Of a stretch of DNA of 54,632 nucleotides, positions 49,201-54,632 are shown piece after piece (position 1 is the stretch's first letter; the number at the start of each line of letters is the position of its first letter). The notes beneath the pieces are model-generated. The model was not told the DNA's origin. It did no database searches and saw nothing but the letters and a program-made list of their open reading frames with translations. The stretch comes from Candidatus Subterrananammoxibius californiae. Lineage in GTDB: Bacteria > Planctomycetota > Brocadiia > Brocadiales > Subterrananammoxibiaceae. The stretch covers positions 1-54,632 of the forward strand of contig JAURAC010000023.1 of assembly GCA_030586555.1 (NCBI GenBank), given 5' to 3'. The translations under genes were made by a program, and so were the position numbers.

Positions 49201-49410
49201 TCACCCTATTCTACACCCCCTACTTTCAGCATATTCTTTAACTCTACTTAAGGATACATAGCAATCTTCCGGAGTTAATAGATACGGTGGTTTAATCTCA
49301 ATTGGCTGTTCCTCTTTTACATTGATTATTTTTACTTGAATACTGCACTTTTGTAAAATATTTGCTGCCTCCTTACTCTCCTCAGTACCATCTAAATAAA
49401 GAAAATTCAT
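49201..49410 (-). CDS. Small hypothetical protein, glutaredoxin-like pattern without CxxC
   Basis: AAGGAGG SD; LYLDGTEESKEAANILQK....PPYLLT. Confidence 0.6.
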   Translation of the reverse strand: MNFLYLDGTEESKEAANILQKCSIQVKIINVKEEQPIEIKPPYLLTPEDCYVSLSRVKEYAESRGCRIG

Positions 49411-49423
49411 GATGTTCCTCCTT

Positions 49424-50713
49424 TTAAATTTGTTCCCTCTCCCATGTATCGCTATTAATCTTATCTACCCAATTGTTTTTCTGATATCTCTCTAATTGTT
49501 CTACTACATCCTTTTCGGAGCGCATAAATGAACCAATTTCATAAGGAAACGGCTTTTGCGACATATTATCTAAGGATGGATGATAAGAAAAAATCATTTT
49601 ATGTGCTGCTTTAGCATACGTTGCTTCTTGCTGTACCCCATCATGTGCTTCATTCCACAATAAAGGCCTCCACATTACCGTACATTGGCTTTGGGATATA
49701 AGTTGAAAATCCCTTTCCTTAATTTGATAGTTTATTTGCTCTTTAACAGCTTTTAGTTCCTCAGGACGAATCTTTGAATCGGCATCATCAATAGGGGATA
49801 CCATAGGGGAAGAAACTGAAAAATTTATTCTTGGGATAAGACGGTAATCTTCTCCAAATCTTAATTCATCAATCCCAATCGGATCAAATACAGCAAACTT
49901 AGAATGAAGCATAGACCGCCAATTATGCAAGTCTTCGATTATTTTTTCTGCCGTCTTTTTATCCTCTAAAACACCACTCTTCAGTTTTCTTCTCGGAGCA
50001 GAAATGGGGAAAGAGGCATAAACTGGTAATTTCTTACGGTTAAATAGGATATCGTATAACGTTTGAATTGACTGTTTTACAGAAATCACAAAATGCTTAA
50101 TCGGAGGATGAAATACATGACGAAGTCCTGCGGGGAGATTCGAAGTTTTTGCATCAGAATAATATTCCGGATCGAGATAGAGATGTTTTGAAATTGTAAA
50201 TGTCTGAAGTATTTCACGCTCTCTCCACGACAAAATTACAGGTAAGCTATATTCTCCACCGGGGATACCAATAACACCATTTTTTTGATCCTGCTTAATT
50301 CTCCCATATATATCGTAAATATCATCAATTAAGGTTACAATAACTGTTGGAGAAAGGGATAATAAAAGCTCCCAATTGATCAACGAGAAAAAACGTCCCT
50401 CCCAATAATAAATTGCATGAAGAGAAATGATTTTATGAACAGGAGGGCGAGGGTGGGTTTTTTCAAAGCGCAACTTGATTACATTAGATACATCATCCCA
50501 TATTTTTTGCCTTTCAAAATCGGTAGGAAGGCGAAAAAACACAGGCAAATCATCACCTACACGAACTTTAATCGCCCTTTCAATAGATTCATGAGCGATG
50601 ATAGGTTCTCCAACGAGACCCCGCTTTCCGTAGATTTCATTTACTTGCTTTACAAGAGCATCAGCAACATCTTCATGCTTTACACCATGTTGCCCAGTTA
50701 TTAATACATTCAT
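49424..50713 (-). CDS. Putative NMP-kinase-like plus nucleoside-deoxyribosyltransferase-like fusion
   Basis: N-terminal VLITGQHGVK, SLHA, PTVIVTLIDD; C-terminal VYASFPIS, VFDP, RDFQLI, GVQQEATYA; GAGG SD; AT-rich. Confidence 0.55.
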   Translation of the reverse strand: MNVLITGQHGVKHEDVADALVKQVNEIYGKRGLVGEPIIAHESIERAIKVRVGDDLPVFFRLPTDFERQKIWDDVSNVIKLRFEKTHPRPPVHKIISLHAIYYWEGRFFSLINWELLLSLSPTVIVTLIDDIYDIYGRIKQDQKNGVIGIPGGEYSLPVILSWREREILQTFTISKHLYLDPEYYSDAKTSNLPAGLRHVFHPPIKHFVISVKQSIQTLYDILFNRKKLPVYASFPISAPRRKLKSGVLEDKKTAEKIIEDLHNWRSMLHSKFAVFDPIGIDELRFGEDYRLIPRINFSVSSPMVSPIDDADSKIRPEELKAVKEQINYQIKERDFQLISQSQCTVMWRPLLWNEAHDGVQQEATYAKAAHKMIFSYHPSLDNMSQKPFPYEIGSFMRSEKDVVEQLERYQKNNWVDKINSDTWEREQI

Positions 50714-50952
50714 GAATACCTCAGTTGATTAACTATATAATCGGCCAATTTAGTAGCAAATTTATACTCCAATTGGAAGTAAAAGTCAAGTGAATTTGTT
50801 AAAAAATTTCCCGCTTGACTTGGCATCCTCTATCTGATTGAATGCAGTTACCTTTTTGAAAAAAGGTAACTCAAAAACCTTCTAATTTCTTCCAGCATAT
50901 ATACCTTCCTGGAATATGCTTAGTTTTTCCAAAAAGGAAAGAGAGAGATAAT

Positions 50953-51924
50953 TTGGCTAAAACAGGTCGCATTATTATCGGCTCAAGGGGAAGCAAGCTG
51001 GCGCTTGTACAATCAAATTGGGTTAAGTCTGAATTGGAGAGATGCAGCCCTGGCATTGAGGTTACCATTGAAAAGATTTCTACAACGGGAGATAAGATTA
51101 CCGATGTTCCCCTCTCTCGACTCGGAGGAAAAGGGCTCTTTACTAAAGAGCTTGAGGTCGCTCTGCTCGAACGGAGGATTGACCTCGCAGTTCACAGTAT
51201 GAAGGACCTGCCTACAGAAGTTCCCGAAGGGTTGACGATTGGCGCAGTCTCAAAACGTGAAGACCCGCACGATATTCTTATCAGTAAGAAAAACGTTGGT
51301 CTTCGTGAACTTCCCGAAGGTGCAAGGGTAGGTACAAGCAGCCTGCGCCGCCGTGCCCAGCTACTTGCCATAAGACCAGACCTCGTAATTACAGACTTGA
51401 GAGGAAACCTCGATACCCGATTAAAAAAACTTGACACAACAGACCTCGATGCAATCGTCGTTGCCCGTGCAGGTGTACTAAGGTTGGGCTTTAAAGAAAG
51501 GGCAACGCAAATAATCCCTTTTGAAGAACTATTGCCCGCCGTTGGTCAGGGCGCATTGTGTGTGGAGATTCGTGCCAACGACGGCGAAGTAAAAGAACTT
51601 GTTACAAAGGCAATAAATGACCCTGCAACAAGCTGTGCAGTAGAAGCGGAAAGGGCGCTCCTTGCCGAGTTAGAAGGAGGCTGCCAGATACCTATCGGCG
51701 CAGTTGCGCAGGTAACTTCAGATGACAAATTAGAATTGGAGGCAATCGTTTGCTCATTAGACGGAAAGGTTTCTATTAGGGATAAACTTACAGGCACAAC
51801 AGTTCAGGCAAAAGAGATTGGTTATAAACTTGCCCGAAAGCTTTTATCAATGGGTGCAGACAAGCTACTTGCCCAAATCCGCCAGAGCCTGGAAGGAAAA
51901 CTGATACCAAGCGTGGGCAATTAG
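50953..51924 (+). CDS. hemC: Hydroxymethylbilane synthase (porphobilinogen deaminase)
   Basis: GSRGSKLA, GKGLFTKE, HSMKD, GTSSLRR, RGNLDTR, EGGCQIP. Confidence 0.96.
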   Translation: MAKTGRIIIGSRGSKLALVQSNWVKSELERCSPGIEVTIEKISTTGDKITDVPLSRLGGKGLFTKELEVALLERRIDLAVHSMKDLPTEVPEGLTIGAVSKREDPHDILISKKNVGLRELPEGARVGTSSLRRRAQLLAIRPDLVITDLRGNLDTRLKKLDTTDLDAIVVARAGVLRLGFKERATQIIPFEELLPAVGQGALCVEIRANDGEVKELVTKAINDPATSCAVEAERALLAELEGGCQIPIGAVAQVTSDDKLELEAIVCSLDGKVSIRDKLTGTTVQAKEIGYKLARKLLSMGADKLLAQIRQSLEGKLIPSVGN

Positions 51925-51978
51925 TCGGTAATGAAATCGGGATTAGAACCTAATTATAATTAATGATTCTCATTCCAC

Positions 51979-52761
51979 ATGCTTGACACTGAAAAGACAA
52001 TAACAATTCGACCATTAAAGGTTACCTTCATTTTAGGGCTTTTCGTTGCTCTACTGGTTCTTGCAAACCTCACAGTACAGACAATAAAATTTATTGAATG
52101 GCCTATTCTTTTAAGCAAACTGTTTAAGTTTTTGTCTTTTGAACAGATAACGAAAATCGTTGCCTGGATTCCAACAGTTCGTGGCTTTTTGCATGTATTC
52201 GATATGGATACAGAATATAATGTACCTGCATATTTCTCGACAGTTATCATACTATTTGCTGCTTTTCTTTTGAACACAGTAGCAACATTCAAAAAAAAGA
52301 ACGGTGAATCGTATGCCATTCACTGGAGAATTCTGGCAATTATCTTTGTATACTTATCAATGGATGAAATGATTGGTATTCACGAATTGTCGAGCCGTCC
52401 GGCGCATAAGTTTTTTGGTGGAGGATGGCTCCTTTATTATTATGGTTGGGTCATTCCTGGTAGTATTCTTGTTATAATCTTCGCTATTTTATATTTTAGA
52501 TTCCTGCTACATCTGCCGCCAAAGTCAAAGTTACTCTTTTCGATTGCTGGGGTATTATACGTAGGAGGGGCTATTGGGATGGAACTTGTCTCAAATCACT
52601 ATGATACACTTTATGGCGTTGAAAACTTTACTTACCACATGATAGTAACCATCGAAGAAACCCTTGAAATGGCTGGCATCATTTTGTTCATTTATGCGCT
52701 TTTGAATTATATAAGCGCGAACATAAAAGAGATACAGCTCCGCTTCGGAAGCCCTGATTGA
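51979..52761 (+). CDS. Hypothetical multi-TM membrane protein
   Basis: E.NVP..FS, SMDE..GIHE, GAIGME, EETLEMAG; about six TMs. Confidence 0.75.
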   Translation: MLDTEKTITIRPLKVTFILGLFVALLVLANLTVQTIKFIEWPILLSKLFKFLSFEQITKIVAWIPTVRGFLHVFDMDTEYNVPAYFSTVIILFAAFLLNTVATFKKKNGESYAIHWRILAIIFVYLSMDEMIGIHELSSRPAHKFFGGGWLLYYYGWVIPGSILVIIFAILYFRFLLHLPPKSKLLFSIAGVLYVGGAIGMELVSNHYDTLYGVENFTYHMIVTIEETLEMAGIILFIYALLNYISANIKEIQLRFGSPD

Positions 52762-52853
52762 ACATTAATAAATGCTGCACAATTCGTGGCGACTATTGAC
52801 TGAAACCTGTTTGATAAAGGGTGAGCCAATCTACTTTTTGTAAAAAAAATGAA

Positions 52854-54134
52854 TTATTTTTTCTCTATTACTTTTAAACCGCCCATATAAGGCTGCAGTA
52901 CTTCTGGAATTTCTATTGAGCCATCCTGCCTCTGGTATGTCTCAAGGATTGCTATAATGGTGCGGGCAAGGGCTACGCCAGAGCCATTCAGGGTGTGGAC
53001 GTACTTAATCTTCCCATCTTCGTCACGGAAGCGGATATTTGTGCGCCTTGCCTGGAAGTCCTCAAAATTGCTGCATGAGGAGACCTCAAGGTATCGTCCC
53101 ACGCCAGGCGCCCACGCCTCTATGTCGTAACACTTGGCGGCGGCAAAGCTCATATCACCTGTACAGAGTTTAAGCACCCGATAATGAAGACCTAAAAGCT
53201 GGAGCACCTTTTCGGCGGCTAAAAGAAGCGATTCGAGTTCATCGTAGGACGTTTCAGGTCTAACAAATTTTACAAGCTCCACCTTGTCAAACTGATGAAC
53301 ACGTATCATCCCCCGCGTATCCTTGCCGTAAGAGCCTGCCTCACGGCGAAAACAAGGGGTGTAAGCAGTGTAGTAGATAGGGAGTTCTTTATAAGACAAT
53401 ATTTCGTCCCGATGTATGTTGGTTACAGGCACCTCTGCGGTTGGAATTAAAAAGAGGTCGTCTTCGGATGTTCTATACATATCTTCTTCGAGCTTTGGAA
53501 GCTGTCCTGTGCCTATCATGGATGCACGATTTACAAGAAATGGTGGGGAGACCTCCTGATAGCCATGTTCGCGTGTATGCAAATCAAGCATGAAATTGTA
53601 AAGGGCACGTTCAAGCCGCGCTCCCGTTCCTTTAAAGAGGGTGAATCCTGTACCTGTAACCTTCGATGCCCGCTCAAAATCAAGGATGTTTAGGATTGCT
53701 CCCAATTCCCAATGAGGCAATGGCTGGAAGTTAAAGGGTTTCTTTTCACCCCATGACTTAACTTCAATATTTGATGCGGCATCAGCGCCAACAGGGACAT
53801 CCTCTACAGGTATATTTGGGATGCGGAGAATAAGATGTTCAATCTCTGGCGAAAGAGTTTTTAATTTTTCCTCATATTCTTTTATGCTGTCGGAGACAAG
53901 CCTCATTTCATTTATGATTTGCGAAGCATCCTGCTTCTTTTTTTGCATCTCTCCAATCTGTTTAGATACCACATTTCGCTTGTTCCTGAGCTGTTCGCAT
54001 TCATACTGAAACCTGCGTCGCTCGGCATCCAATTCAAGCAGTTTATCAATATGTGCGTTTGCATTTTCGTGTTTATCAGCCGCCGCCTTCTTCACCTTTT
54101 CAGGATTGTTTCTTATGAAATTTAAATCGAGCAT
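52854..54134 (-). CDS. serS: Serine--tRNA ligase
   Basis: [35 protein letters not shown]. Confidence 0.97.
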   Translation of the reverse strand: MLDLNFIRNNPEKVKKAAADKHENANAHIDKLLELDAERRRFQYECEQLRNKRNVVSKQIGEMQKKKQDASQIINEMRLVSDSIKEYEEKLKTLSPEIEHLILRIPNIPVEDVPVGADAASNIEVKSWGEKKPFNFQPLPHWELGAILNILDFERASKVTGTGFTLFKGTGARLERALYNFMLDLHTREHGYQEVSPPFLVNRASMIGTGQLPKLEEDMYRTSEDDLFLIPTAEVPVTNIHRDEILSYKELPIYYTAYTPCFRREAGSYGKDTRGMIRVHQFDKVELVKFVRPETSYDELESLLLAAEKVLQLLGLHYRVLKLCTGDMSFAAAKCYDIEAWAPGVGRYLEVSSCSNFEDFQARRTNIRFRDEDGKIKYVHTLNGSGVALARTIIAILETYQRQDGSIEIPEVLQPYMGGLKVIEKK

Positions 54135-54156
54135 TGTAATACATCCTTCGCTTTAA

Positions 54157-54184
54157 GTAGGGGCACGTTGCAACGTGCCCCTAC
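54157..54184. repeat. GTAG-REP supplying the hisF stop
   Basis: gtaggggcacgttgcaacgtgcccctac. Confidence 0.9.
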
Positions 54185-54632
54185 ATTCTTACTACGATTT
54201 TTTTCTCTGCAAGGAATTGTTTTACCTCTCCAATTGTATATTCGCCATAGTGAAATATGGATGCTGCAAGTGCGGCATCCGCCTTGCCAATGGCAAAAAC
54301 GTCGTAAAAGTGTTCGAGCTTGCCTGCGCCGCCAGAGGCGATAATAGGAATTTCGAGGGCCTCTGACATAGCCCTTGTTAATTCAAGGTCGTAACCATCC
54401 TTTGTTCCATCCATGTCCATACTTGTAAGTAATATTTCACCAGCGCCGCGTGATTGCACCTCATTTGCCCACGAAAGGGCATCAATGCCTGTCGGGGTTC
54501 TGCCGCCATTTATATAAACTTCCCAAAATCCCCCCTTTCCCCCCTTTATTAAAGGGGGGTTGGGGGGGATTATTGTTCTTTTAGCGTCAATTGCCACAAC
54601 GATGCACTGGCTGCCGAATCGCTTTGATGCAG
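54181..54632 (-). CDS. hisF: Imidazole glycerol phosphate synthase subunit HisF, 3' part
   Basis: [42 protein letters not shown]. Confidence 0.95.
   Translation of the reverse strand, partial: ASKRFGSQCIVVAIDAKRTIIPPNPPLIKGGKGGFWEVYINGGRTPTGIDALSWANEVQSRGAGEILLTSMDMDGTKDGYDLELTRAMSEALEIPIIASGGAGKLEHFYDVFAIGKADAALAASIFHYGEYTIGEVKQFLAEKKIVVRM
54527..54571. repeat. C/G-tract palindrome in frame in hisF
   Basis: Encodes [15 protein letters not shown] in the loop after AIDAKR. Confidence 0.9.

Overview
Gene-dense bacterial chromosomal window, about 40-45% GC by eye. Gene content and style suggest a Planctomycetota (Brocadiia-like) or similar anaerobe, but this is inference only. Most genes are housekeeping: pmbA, pilU, pilT, tldD, an epimerase, cpsB-like phosphatase, PpiC-ccsA-resB, nudF, rpsT, ahpC, cadA with ArsR, pfkB, comB, mutS, tdh-kbl-ald, bioD-bioA, parA, glnE, ribD, aroA, hemC, serS and hisF. 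The most striking feature is a very dense population of short palindromic elements of several families (GTAG-REPs and REP doublets, C-tract/G-tract hairpins, a 15-bp TCCGCCTNAGGCGGA palindrome, TGTCA..TGACA elements, 7-9-mer tandem repeats). A REP-associated tyrosine transposase (RAYT) gene is present. These elements nest inside each other, supply stop codons, and sit in frame inside about a dozen otherwise conserved proteins, including the RAYT itself. Other candidates for undescribed systems are: (i) a (TC)13-containing leader peptide whose stop overlaps an intrinsic terminator, upstream of two unrelated secreted proteins that share a duplicated 110-bp 5' cassette carrying a two-codon minigene; (ii) a five-gene unknown membrane-protein operon; (iii) a low-GC NMP-kinase-like/nucleoside-deoxyribosyltransferase-like fusion with a small partner; (iv) a GalT-like gene split by one in-frame TAG. 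No rRNA, tRNA or CRISPR array was seen.
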